In this document: positions 1 through 11,447 of the stretch, in pieces
Layout of the letters: the number at the start of each line of letters is the position of its first letter
Numbering within the stretch: the stretch's first letter is position 1
DNA from: Octopus bimaculoides
Taxonomy: Eukaryota
Assembly (NCBI RefSeq): GCF_001194135.2
Contig: NC_068990.1
Span: 94,160,913-94,224,912, forward strand
DNA: 64,000 nt
Reading direction: 5' to 3'
Program-made: the position numbers and the translations under genes
The notes under the pieces: generated by a model
Told to the model about the DNA's origin: nothing
The model's database searches: none
The model's input: the letters and a program-made list of their open reading frames with translations, nothing else

Positions 1-475
1 GTTTACTTTCGAATATTATGATGGAAATTTCATCCAAGCCCATATAAGCAGTATTGAGAAATATATTCTACGAATTCTATGCAAATCAATTACTAAGCCA
101 AGACTGTTGCGTGCAAAACAAATGTGCAACTTGTGTGCAGGTGCAACTTTTAAAAATATCTATATATGGTAGATGGCAAAGAATAAGGAAAAGATAGATT
201 ATGGGTCAAGACTTTGGCATATTAATGTTTAAATTAATATACTAATTACCCTTTTGGGGTAATTAATGGGTTTGAAATGTTTGTATGTCTTAAGAACGTT
301 GTGCATGAAGAAAACATGTGGAATGTTTGTTGAGAAGAGAAGCTTTGGGAAAGAGGATTTTTAGGCTTTGTGGAGAAACAGAGATTGCATTGTTTGTTGT
401 TAACCAAGTACAAAACGGGATTTTTCAGTTGCCACATATATAGTAAAGTTTTGGTAAGACATGTTGGTTTTTGAA

Positions 476-623
476 AGTGGTTTTAGGAAGAGCATCCAGC
501 TGTAGAAACTCTGCCAGATCAGATTGGAGCCTGGTGCAGCCTTCTGGTTTCACCAGTCCTCAGTCAAATCGTCCAACCCATGCTAGCATGGAAAGAAGAC
601 GTTAAACGATGATGATGATGATG

Positions 624-625
<2 letters not shown>
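476..625 (+). mobile_element. RTE LINE 3' end fragment with (GAT)n tail
   Basis: Motif gcatccagctgtagaaactctgcc...ccatgctagcatggaaa..gacgttaaac(gat)n is shared with the 33325-33782 copy, which is joined to an RTE RT C-terminus. Confidence 0.85.
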
Positions 626-662
<37 letters not shown>

Positions 663-724
663 TGCACACACATATATATATACACACACATACATATATA
701 TGTATATATACACATACACATACA

Positions 725-1106
725 GATCGTTGCCAGTGCCCCTGGACTGGTTCTTGTGCGGGTGGCACATGAGATGCACCATTTTGAGCGTGGCCGTTGC
801 CAGTACCGCCTAACTGGCTCCTGTAGGATTTTCGAGCGAGATCGTTGCCAGTGCCCCTGGACTGGCTTGTGCGGGTGGCACATAAAAGACACCATTTCGA
901 GCGTGGCCGTTTTCGTGCGGGTGACACGTAAAAGCACCCACTACACTCTCTGAGTGGTTGGCGTTAGGAAGGGCATCCAGCTGTAGAAACTCTGCCAAAT
1001 CAGACTGGAGCCTGGTGTTGCCATCCGGTTTCACCAGTCCTCAGTCAAATCGTCCAACCCATGCTAGCATGGAAAGCGGACGTTAAACGATGATGATGAT
1101 GATGAT
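725..1106 (+). mobile_element. Young RTE LINE 3' UTR fragment (5'-truncated) with internal ~70-bp tandem subrepeats
   Basis: Only 2 differences over ~275 nt from the reverse complement of 33365-33641 (hand comparison); CpGs intact; (GAT)n tail. Confidence 0.9.
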
Positions 1107-1146
<40 letters not shown>

Positions 1147-1149
1147 GTC

Positions 1150-1590
1150 AGGTGCTCTTATTTTTTCATACAAATACCACAATTGTGTGGCCTTCTATGA
1201 TATATTCACATAAAGTAAGAAACTCAAAATGCTATTTTGAAATCATACCGCTTCCGTCACTAATAATGAATTTTTACTTCTGCCTGCCAGCTATTTGCTA
1301 ATCACTATTTTTTCTATGTCAGGTGAGGCTAAATTCGTCTAAGCATGTGGTTGCTGGCAGATGCTTGCTACTGATGATATGCAAATATGCAGAAATCTGG
1401 ATTTAACACTACTGCCAGACAATTTTGGTTGGCTACAAATATTCTTCTGTGCTTTTGAGCATAATCTGTTCATCTTTCTCAAGGCAAATACCATAGTCGT
1501 GTGGATTCTTAGATTATATCTGCATTAAATAGGATATATAGAAGGCTGTTTTGAAATAATGCTGCATCCATTACTAATAATGAATATATA
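1150..1590 (+). mobile_element. Retrozyme-like or Penelope-derived non-autonomous element: direct repeat, hammerhead, direct repeat (314-nt period)
   Basis: 1171-1271 and 1485-1585 align ungapped at offset 314 (72/101 identical by hand count). A hammerhead motif lies between them, and microsatellite flanks both sides. Confidence 0.65.
1350..1423 (+). ncRNA. Type I hammerhead ribozyme motif (degenerate)
   Basis: CTGATGA 1371-77; stem II tatg/CAAATA/tgca; GAAA 1392-95; stem III atc-tg-gat; NUH triplet ATT 1401-03. Stem I: tgcta/taaca (4 of 5 pairs), internal loop, ctggcag/ctgccag (7 bp), ttg/caa. Confidence 0.65.
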
Positions 1591-1599
1591 AGTGTGTGC

Positions 1600-1801
1600 A
1601 TGTGTATGTGTGTGTGTGTGTGTGCGTGTCTTCATAACTGGTATTGGTTTGTTCATGTCCCTGTAACTCAGTGGTTCAGCAAAAGGCACCAATAGAATAA
1701 GTATCAGATTTTAAAGTGCCAGGAGTGACCAGTTCAACTTTCAAGGTGGTCTCCAGCAATGTCATGGTTAAATGACCGAAATGAATAAAAGATAAAAGAT
1801 A
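1600..1801 (+). mobile_element. 3' half of composite SINE (microsatellite + ...aatagaataagta...ctccagca... tail)
   Basis: Similar to the tails at 4140-4247 and 30162-30245. Confidence 0.6.
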
Positions 1802-1967
1802 TCACAAAGCACATGTGATAATTGTTACAAATGAGAACCAACAGATGTGATTGGCCATTTCCAAGCAAGATTCTCAAAGTCATTCTTCCAATGTTGACTT
1901 GGTGTTGCTATTTTTGTCCTTATTTGTCATTTTCTGCTCATTGATTTCATTAATAGGCTGCCTTGCT

Positions 1968-2406
1968 GAAAAGGACAATCGATTATATGAAGAGGACAGT
2001 TGACTATCTAAAGAGGACAGTTGACTATATAAAGAGGACAGTCGATAATCAAGAGAGGACAGTCAATTATCTAAAGAGGACAATGGATTATATAAAGAGG
2101 ACAGTTGACTATCTAAAGAGGATAGTTGACTATATAAAGAGGACAGTCGATTATCTTAAGAGAACAGTTGATCATTTAAGACAATAGTTTCATTATTCAA
2201 AGTGTACACTTGATCATCTAAGACGATAGTTGATTATCCCAAAAGGACAGTCGATTATCTAAAGGGGACATTTGATCATCTAAAACGATAGTTGATTATC
2301 TAAAGAGAAAAATCAATTATGTAAAAAGGACAGTTGATTATTCAAAAAGAACAGTTAATCATCAAAGACGATAGTTGATTATCCAAAGGAGACAGTTGAT
2401 TATCTC
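1968..2406 (+). repeat. 21-bp minisatellite, ~21 units, consensus aagaggacagttgactatcta
   Basis: Tandem units are directly visible. The first 10 are in frame and read (KRTVDYL/I)n; later units degrade, some to 20 nt. Confidence 0.95.
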
Positions 2407-2890
2407 CATATTGTGCTGAGAGATTAATCATTTACTGAATATAGTTTTGTTATTCTATTTATAATCAATGTGCTATTTTCGTGCTTTCATAAATTTGTCA
2501 TGGCTTTCCTTTTGAAAGCTTCATGTGTTTCAGATGGATTAATTTCTAATATTTTCACATTTTTCAATAACCGCCTCAGATTCCCAGGGTGCTTTTCTCT
2601 TGATTTTCTATTTGAATCAACTCCAGCTTACAGCTGCATCATAATGTAACATGACAAAATTTTCGTATAAGCACATTGGTTCTATTTAATTCAATGAAGC
2701 ATATTTAATAATGTTGAAGTTTGATTTTTATTTTATTTTTCTCTATGGTGGGAAAATGTAAGAATAACTTGCTTCAAGCATAACTAATCTTTACAAATTG
2801 CAAATATAGTCAAATAGTAACTATAAAAGGGAGCAGTATAAATATGTATGCCTGCAGGAGGATTTTGTTCATGTAGATTGTGTGTCAAAT

Positions 2891-3165
2891 TCATCATCAT
2901 CATCGTTCAACATCCGTTTTCCATGCTGGCATGGGTTGGACGGTTCGACTGGGGTTTGGGAAGCCAGGAGGCTGCACCAGGCCCCAATCTGATCTGGCAG
3001 TGTTTCTACAGCTGGATGCCCTTCTTAACGCCAACCACTCCATGAGTGTAGTGGGTGCTTTCTACATGCCACCGGTACAGGGGCCAGAGGAACTGGCATC
3101 GGACATGAGTGGATGGTGCTTTTTACGTGCTACCAGCACGGGGTTTCACAACTACAATTTCCATT
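2891..3165 (-). mobile_element. RTE LINE 3' end fragment, older subfamily
   Basis: (cat)n cgttcaacatccgttttccatgctggcatgggttgg...tttctacagctggatgccc, the reverse complement of the 476-625 motif. Confidence 0.85.
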
Positions 3166-4139
3166 TGAAAAACTAATAAACTGACAACACCCACTCAATC
3201 AGTCACAAAGTATACATAATGCATTTAAGGTTAGTATAGAGTTTCACAAGAGGTGTTTTTCTCTTAGTTTTTAATATTAACTTCAAAAGCTAGAATATTT
3301 CTTTGTGCTTATCAGTTTAAGAACGAATTCAAGTTTGGAGCGGAAATAGAAGTAGTTTCAAAAATAACTTAAGTCGTGTTGATCAAGTCATTGACCACAA
3401 GTCTCTCTTCAGTCTGTCAGGAAGCATCACTCACTCATTCTATGAATGTTTACACTTCTTTTATTTACAAGGAAGAAAATACTACCAAAGAAATAGTTTT
3501 AATTTTGAAAGAAAGAAATATTTAGTGAGTAGTTGTTATTAATGGTACCTAATCTCAAAGAATAATTGGCAAAGTCAAATATGTGATATTTGGTTTTAGA
3601 ACAGTAAAGTACTGAGTTAGAATCAAAAATCCACTGCACCATTTCCAATGTCTTGGTGTGCAAAGACTAGAGAGAGTTAATTTTTAGTGTAAAATCTGAG
3701 AAATTGTTAAAAACATATTAGGCATCAGTGTAAAGTGATAGTTCTTACATTTTGAGAGTGATGGTATTTAGCGAAATTGACACAGAATTAAAATAATGGT
3801 CACTCTGAAGGATACAAGAGAAGATGTTATATTGGAAGAGTAGCCATGATAATGATCAAGCAATTATTGATATTTAAACAATCATCATTTATCAAATTGC
3901 AATGATTTCAAAAGTGAGATGATATTTATTGGAGAGATCTAGTCGAGGAATATAATGAATGTATGTTTATTATCACTGGTTGATAAAATAGTTATTTTCA
4001 TTTAAAAATGATGATGGATATACAAAGCACATATTTGGGTAAAGAATTGGGTGATGAGTGTTAGAACAGTGACTGTGATAGCAGGCACAATTTCTAAATA
4101 GATGTATCTAGTACTTAGTAATTTAAGAATAAATCAAAT

Positions 4140-4247
4140 GAGTCAACTTACGGAATGAATAAGTCCTGGGGTCGATTTGCTCGACTAAAGGCAGTGCTCC
4201 AGCATGGCCGCAGTCAAAATGACTGAAGCAAGTAAAAAAAAAAAAAT
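4140..4247 (+). mobile_element. SINE 3' tail fragment
   Basis: aataagtcctggggtcgatttgctcgactaaaggcagtgctccagcatggccgcagtc..tgactgaagcaagta + A-rich tail. Confidence 0.75.
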
Positions 4248-4519
4248 TAAAAAAGAATTTGTGTCATTTTTCAACAAAAAAAATTTCTAAAATAAATTCT
4301 GGAAATGTACGCACCTCCTAAAGTTTATTTTTATTTTTGTGGTAAAAAGTGTGTAAATTACATAGGTTTTTGCAGTACTTATAGAAACAACTTTGGTAAG
4401 ATAACATGCAGAAACTAAGTCAAGGTATATACATTAAAATAAACTAACATATTCTGCATATCCTTTCTCTAGACATGAATCCATATTTCTGATGGAATTA
4501 GCATTCACCTTATCAGTTA

Positions 4520-4730
4520 ATATCCATGTTTTATGTTGGCATAAGTTGGACAGTTTGACAGGATCCAACAGGTCAAATAACTGCCCCAGGCTCCAATGTG
4601 TACTTTGGCATGATTTCTACAGTTGGGTGTCCTTCCTAGCACCAGGGACTTTACATTGTGGACAGGGTGCTCTTTTCACTGCACCGGTACTAGTGAGGTC
4701 ATCGTGCAGCTTGCAAAACTACAATTCCTG
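4520..4730 (-). mobile_element. Decayed RTE 3' end fragment
   Basis: ggcataagttggacagtttgac...ggctccaat...tttctacagttgggtgtccttcct is a diverged version of the RTE tail. Confidence 0.6.
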
Positions 4731-4829
4731 AGAAAGGTGGCTTTATACTAGGAGATTAGGAATAAAGCTTGTATATGTGTCCTTGGTTTTGAACTGTGCT
4801 GATTTCATCATCAGACATTAGTTTGGAGG

Positions 4830-4970
4830 TCTGTGAAAACATTTCCAGATTAGGGCAAACATCTTGCCTGAAGACAGGTGAGGGTTGGCACCAAGAAGAG
4901 CATCTGACTGTAGAAAATTAATGAATTTTGTTGATCCATGCAAGCATAGAAAAGTCTAAGTTTTAAAAAA
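4830..4970 (+). mobile_element. Fragment of SINE with RTE-related tail
   Basis: caggtgagggttggc..gcatctgactgtagaaaa..gatccatgcaagcat; same family as 13205-13420, 57630-58078 and 58640-59060. Confidence 0.55.
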
Positions 4971-6032
4971 ATCACAACATGGATGACAAACACAACAAAG
5001 TTAATGATGATGATGATGCTGGTATTGGGGGTGGGGAAGAGGACGACACCATTGTCAGTGACATAGTTATGGCTATCATTCAAGACATTAAAACCCTAAA
5101 ATATTTGCTCCAGTAAGTTAAGCTAATGTTCTAATTTTCATAATCATTTAACATATTTATGAAGGAAATCTAAATTTCAAGTGAAAAAAAAAAAATAAAA
5201 GAAAAAAGTAAAGTTATTAACAATATTCTATAAATTTTTATTCAGAACAATTCATTAGAAATGTTATCGCTAAAATTATACACAAAGGAGAAAGTTATAA
5301 CGCTGTTGATTTAAACTTTTTTCAGTAATAAAAAACACAGTAAAACAATATTGAAAACACTCAGTTAGAAATCCCAGAGAAGTTGTCGGCATTAAAATGA
5401 ATTATTTTTCCTTTTTTGTTTTTCCTTTTTTGTTTTTCCTTTTTCTGACAACCACTTTATTTCATGCAGAGATAGTGATAGATCCAATACAAATTTAGCA
5501 TATTTTAGGGTGGTGACCCACTTTTCATGTCTGATACACAGAAAGAATTATATTACATTCAATGCCAGCTATGTTACTGAATGAAACTGTTGTTTCTATT
5601 TTGTATTAATGTGTTAAGTTTTTAAATTCCTTAGACTTTGCAACAAAGAAATTGTGAAGAAAAAAAGGGTGAAAACGCTATAACAAAGTTTCATGTAAGG
5701 AAATATTATAAGTCCATTGAAAAACTATACATATGAGAAAAAAATGGAGAAGTTATATTTGCTTCCAGAAATTAAATAGAAAGAGATTCCGGGGTACGAT
5801 CAAATTACCAATTATTACATTAGGGTCAATGTAAAATTATTAAAAATTTTGAAAGATCATAAATTGACAAACTAAATTCAGAAAGATTAATTTTAAAATT
5901 TATAAAAAAAAAAAAACTACAATTCAAAGGAAAATTGCTAAAAACAGAAATTAATTACATAGAAGAGAAAATTTTCATTGCAAATCTAATTAAGATTTAA
6001 CGAACTAGAAGAGAACTAGGGACTAGAAAAAT

Positions 6033-6649
6033 NNNNNNNNNNNNNNNNNNNNNNNNNNNNNNNNNNNNNNNNNNNNNNNNNNNNNNNNNNNNNNNNNNNN
6101 NNNNNNNNNNNNNNNNNNNNNNNNNNNNNNNNNNNNNNNNNNNNNNNNNNNNNNNNNNNNNNNNNNNNNNNNNNNNNNNNNNNNNNNNNNNNNNNNNNNN
6201 NNNNNNNNNNNNNNNNNNNNNNNNNNNNNNNNNNNNNNNNNNNNNNNNNNNNNNNNNNNNNNNNNNNNNNNNNNNNNNNNNNNNNNNNNNNNNNNNNNNN
6301 NNNNNNNNNNNNNNNNNNNNNNNNNNNNNNNNNNNNNNNNNNNNNNNNNNNNNNNNNNNNNNNNNNNNNNNNNNNNNNNNNNNNNNNNNNNNNNNNNNNN
6401 NNNNNNNNNNNNNNNNNNNNNNNNNNNNNNNNNNNNNNNNNNNNNNNNNNNNNNNNNNNNNNNNNNNNNNNNNNNNNNNNNNNNNNNNNNNNNNNNNNNN
6501 NNNNNNNNNNNNNNNNNNNNNNNNNNNNNNNNNNNNNNNNNNNNNNNNNNNNNNNNNNNNNNNNNNNNNNNNNNNNNNNNNNNNNNNNNNNNNNNNNNNN
6601 NNNNNNNNNNNNNNNNNNNNNNNNNNNNNNNNNNNNNNNNNNNNNNNNN
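6033..6649. other. Assembly gap (N). Other gaps: 15355-15828, 16626-17566, 22040-22285, 29918-30161, 33225-33297, 35401-35410
   Basis: Runs of N. Confidence 1.
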
Positions 6650-7149
6650 TTGTATAAATACAGGATTATTGTTTCCTGGAGGCAACTTATATATATAATC
6701 TAAATTTCTTTATCTCTGTTGTATTGACTTCATTTCTCAAATCACCCAGATAAAGAAAAACAAATTTAAGTGTTATCATGTACATTGTTTTGTCTTGGTA
6801 TAAAAAAAATGGGCAAATACAGCAAACATTCTGCTCAATACCACAGATTTGCTTATCAGTTTTTTTTACTGTAACCAGTTGAGCATGTCCCTTGGTGGCT
6901 GACAATATGTGCATCTCTGATCACGAACAGAAGTAGTGGGAGAGTATCATAGCCATGTGTTGAGAGGAATTCTTTGGGGTTTGGATAATTCACCTTTGGA
7001 AACATGTGTGTTTTGTTCAAAATACTTAAACAACCTATATTCAAGGACCATTTGAGTGGGAGGGGTCACTTGACCTGAAGAAAATTCTAATTGGACCCCA
7101 CCTGCAAGGTCGTGTGCTGTCATAATGGAAGAAGTACTACAAGGCATTT

Positions 7150-7315
7150 GCCCAGCCCTCTAATAGTTCAGTCAATTTTCACCACTGAATTGTTGCTTTT
7201 CTATTGATCCCTAAAAGAATAAGTTGACCTCAACATGATTTGAACACAGCTTAGAAAATCAGAACAAATATCACAAGGTATTCTTTCCAACACTCTAAAG
7301 ACTGCCATTTCACCA
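7150..7315 (-). mobile_element. Decayed tRNA-derived SINE
   Basis: ctattgatccctaaaagaat..aagttgacctcaacatgatttgaac resembles the reverse complement of the SINE at 40999-41198. Confidence 0.5.
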
Positions 7316-8516
7316 TTTTTCTCACAAGAAATTGATTTATGTACATATTAGAGAATTACAGGTAGAAAGAGAAAAGGACCCGTGGTTGCTGGAAAGAAAA
7401 TTATATGCATGATGCAGCAGGTATACAAATGAGTGAATAAGGAGAAATTGCAAGACAGGTAAGAAAGTGAGAAGCAATTATGGCCTTTGGATAGGGTTTA
7501 CAAGGTAATATATTCTCTATGTCAGAGTGCAACCTTAGAACATCTTGACGAGCGTTGATGAAAGATGGAACTAGGTGAATAAGACTTGTTTTATTAATCA
7601 GTCCAACCCACATCAGAAGAGAAAGCTAATTTGGCAATAGTGATAAGTATGACAACATAATTGATAATAAAACTGAATTGAAGGAAGATTAAGTGTTTGA
7701 AAATATCCCGATTTATTAAAGAATCCATATTTAGCTTGAGTCCATCCATTTTATCTGGATGGAAGCAGAATTTTCAAAGTATATATTTAGCTTATGCACC
7801 ACACCCTTCTCTGGTTCTTGTATAACTAACTACCTGTAAATTCTAGGAGTCTATGTATCATGACTGGTGAATGAAAACTATGGCTTCTCTCTTTCACATT
7901 TCCATATTAAACATATTTATTATCTGATGTTTCTTGCAAATTGAATTTGTTTTGCAGATGAATGATTAGACGGCCAACTCTATTGAAGTAAAATACGAAT
8001 TAATCTAACCAATCAGTTTGTATGAAATCTTTCATTAAAGGTTCTGACCCAAAAGCTTATCTGAAATCATTCTTAAGAACATTTCATTTATAGATTAATA
8101 GACATAAACTCAGAGTATATTAACATAAATTTGACTCAGCAAAAGGTAACAGTTACCTTCGGTTGTGGTTTTTCTTAATTTTAGAGAAAATGCTAATATA
8201 ATTTAATGACAGTGAAGAAATACCACGCAAAATCTATTTTTATTTTGAAATCCATCAATCGGTGAAGAATATCACTAATGAAATTATCTTTGCAAAGGTT
8301 TCATTTCAGTTGTTAATAATCAGATCATCAGCCTACACAACACAACTTTATTTGAAATTCAACAGCTTCCATGATACCAATATATAAAGCAAGCACTTTT
8401 ATAGTTAAATTGAAAGAAAATTGAAAAACAAAATATGGAAAAAAAAAAAAAAAAGCGCAATCAAATTAGCAGCACCCTGATAAAGAACCAAACGAGATAA
8501 TTTATGATGTCTAGAT

Positions 8517-8656
8517 CTAAGTTGAACTATAAGCCCCATTAATCATATTTTCAAATGTTGCAGCACATTTCACTCTTCTTTTAGATAAAGCATGAGACTC
8601 TGCATAACGCAATCCACCAATTGGAAATATTACCGATTCTGACCGCAGCCACTTGG
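8517..8656 (-). CDS. Candidate exon of an unidentified gene (AKWLRSESVIFPIGGLRYAESHALSKRRVKCAATFENMINGAYSST*)
   Basis: Strong acceptor tttatttatgtgtttcag followed by a 46-codon open frame containing CpGs; no homology recognised. Confidence 0.25.
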
Positions 8657-11217
8657 CTGAAACACATAAATAAAAATAAATAAATAAATATGCACTATTT
8701 ATTTCAAGAATTGAAAAACAACCTAAACCACTATTCTGTTTCATGACATTTTACATTAATATAATTTCTCTTCATGAAACAGATTCGTGGCTAAATATAT
8801 AAACTATTCTGTTTCAAGACTTTCTTCCATTGTCTCTTTTTTTCTTTCCTTATTACTACAGTAAGCTCTTCAGCACTTACCTTCACCTCATTGAAAAGAA
8901 GTAATTGACCTTTCTATCTTCTAACTCAGCTTTCAAAGCCAAAACTATTCATCACAGCACTGAAAATTTCTCCAACAAACTCCCTATCATCTTTTTAAGC
9001 CCTTACTTCTTGTACAGCATTTACTAGAATGAAGACAGATGGTCAGGACTAGAAACATTGATCAAAAGCTTTTTGTATTATGTTTACTCTAGCACAGCTA
9101 ATGCAACCTATTCAACTCTTTTATTTATGTGTGTCCACCAAATAACGATTTCTAACCTTTCTTTCAACCCATATGAAATTTTTTTCTCCTTTTGGCAAGG
9201 AACAAATGGTTACCCAGCTTCAACATTAAATAAAAGAGATTAAAAAGAAAAAAACTGAAGCCAAAGAGTGAAGAACAAACAAAATTTAATACCCATATCA
9301 CTAAATTGCATATTTAGTATACATTGGTAGCAACTCAGTTCAGTGGGAAAAGAAAAAAAGTCATCCAAAAAATCCAGAGTGAATCTTAAAAATGATAAAG
9401 CTCAATAAACATTTAAAATCTTCATTATTACACCTTTAGTAAGCTTCACTATTGCAGTTATTAGGAACTCAGCTTGGAATGTTCCAAATGCATTTAGATG
9501 CCAACCACAAACAGATCCTCAAGAAAGCACTTTATTGCATCCTGTTACAGAGATCTAACAGAATGCAATAGAGTCGTCCTCTGAGGATCCATGCAAAGGC
9601 ACTTAGAATATCCAGTACTGAATTCCAAACAATTGAAATGGTGAAACGTACACAAGAACTAAGTATTTATGCTTCTGTTTATCTTAATTTTCCACTACAT
9701 ATGCTTAGTTAACACTGCTAAGAACAAACTACAGCATTTAAAGCTGACTGGATAATGATAATCTATGTGCAGCTCAAACTCATGCAGAAGTTGTCATACA
9801 TCTAACAGGACACACAAAATATAATTATACCTTTCCAAAGAAATTCAAAGATAAAAAAATTACACTTAATGTGACCCAGTATAATGTAAATATAATCGTA
9901 GACTGAATTCTGTATAAAACTTAAAACTTTAGCTTGTATAATAACAACCATTTTTTGTGCCAGATCTGCAACAAATTTGAGCTTCCTTTGAAAATCTGAT
10001 ATGTTGAACTACACTCTTGTAGCTTTTAATATAGTAATTCTTGTTTTTTGATATGTCTTGGAGGAAATAGAAAGACAGTTTTAAATAATCGTGGGAACTA
10101 ATTAACTTGCAGTTGATTAGGAACAATTAAAAATAACATATGTAAGCCTGCTTTGATGTATGTATGTGTGTGTGTGTTTTTGAAATTTCTTCGTTGGATT
10201 TGTTTTATGAATGAAAACTTCAGCCAATAGTTGACAGGAAATGTAGTGGAAATTATCAAATAACTCATTCCCATGAGTTCAGCTTCTCACAGTGATGTTT
10301 TGAATCAAATGTAAAAGTATATTGTAATTTAGTTGGTTCACACGCTATTTATTACCAATATATACCAGTTAATTTATGGCAAATACTGATGTAATCTTAA
10401 AATATGTTTTATTTTATTTTACGCTATAAATATCACATTTTTCTTTTGCTTTCTTGTTACTTTTATTCATTTATATATTTATTTATTACTTCTACATGAT
10501 GATAAACACATGAGAAGACAAGCCTACTATATCAAAAAGAACTTAGAGCTATACACTTGCACATAAACAATTAGTGTGTTAATATACACACATGTATAAG
10601 TGCATGCATGCAAGAAGAGAGATAGTAAAAAGAGAGAGAGAAGAGAAAACCATTTGTGTGCATAATGTTTGTGTATGAGGATTGGGTGACGGTATTGAGA
10701 CAAAGAGAGAGAGGAAATAAGATAGGAAAAAGATGAGAAAAGGAAAAATATAATGAAAGAAATATAAAAAACAAAATTGATATGGTTTAGCACCTAAGCA
10801 GTATGATCTACTATATTTTATTCTCAGTTGGTAACTGGAATAGACAACATATTTCCACAAATTTCTCAGTGTTGATCAAGTTAAATATAATCCTGGCAAT
10901 CTTTTCTTTTATGAATTCCATCAAGAATACAAGAATAGACTCTTTGGCCTCTAAGTAGATTCCAATCTCCTGTAAATACTTATAAGCTCTAATTGTTTTA
11001 AGAACCTTTTTCAAGTGTTTATATAGATATTTAGACCTTATTAAAAGACACCAAAATACAACTGAAATCAATAGAATTTAAACATTTCATCTAATCCTAA
11101 CTCATCTAAATTAAAAGCAGTATCATTCTGACAAATTAATATAGTCATCTCCATTATTTTATATAATTCTATGATATTATAGTGGCTTTGATGTTTCAAT
11201 AGATATAACAATACAGA

Positions 11218-11447
11218 TTAAACCTTTCATTACCATATTTCTGTTGAAATACATCACCTCCATTTCAATTAATTTTAAAGATAATGAAAAACTTAATTTA
11301 ATAACTTTGTCATTATTAAGCTGATGTTTAGAACGTTAATTAACATTGAATTTTGATAGAATGTTTTAAATTAGATCAGTTTAAAATAAGAAGCTTGTGT
11401 CACCAGACCAAAAGTGGCCTCAGGCTGGTCAGTATCAAAAAGGTTAA
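11218..11447. mobile_element. piggyBac-type MITE (~230 bp) with TTAA at both ends
   Basis: Left end ttaa-acctttcattacc; right end (reverse complement) ttaa-cctttttgatact; non-coding interior. Confidence 0.7.

Noticed and set aside
8216-8285. Faint resemblance to the 1171-1271 retrozyme repeat (aaataccac, tattttgaaatc, cactaatgaa)
   Set aside because: Short AT-rich matches with inconsistent spacing and no hammerhead nearby.
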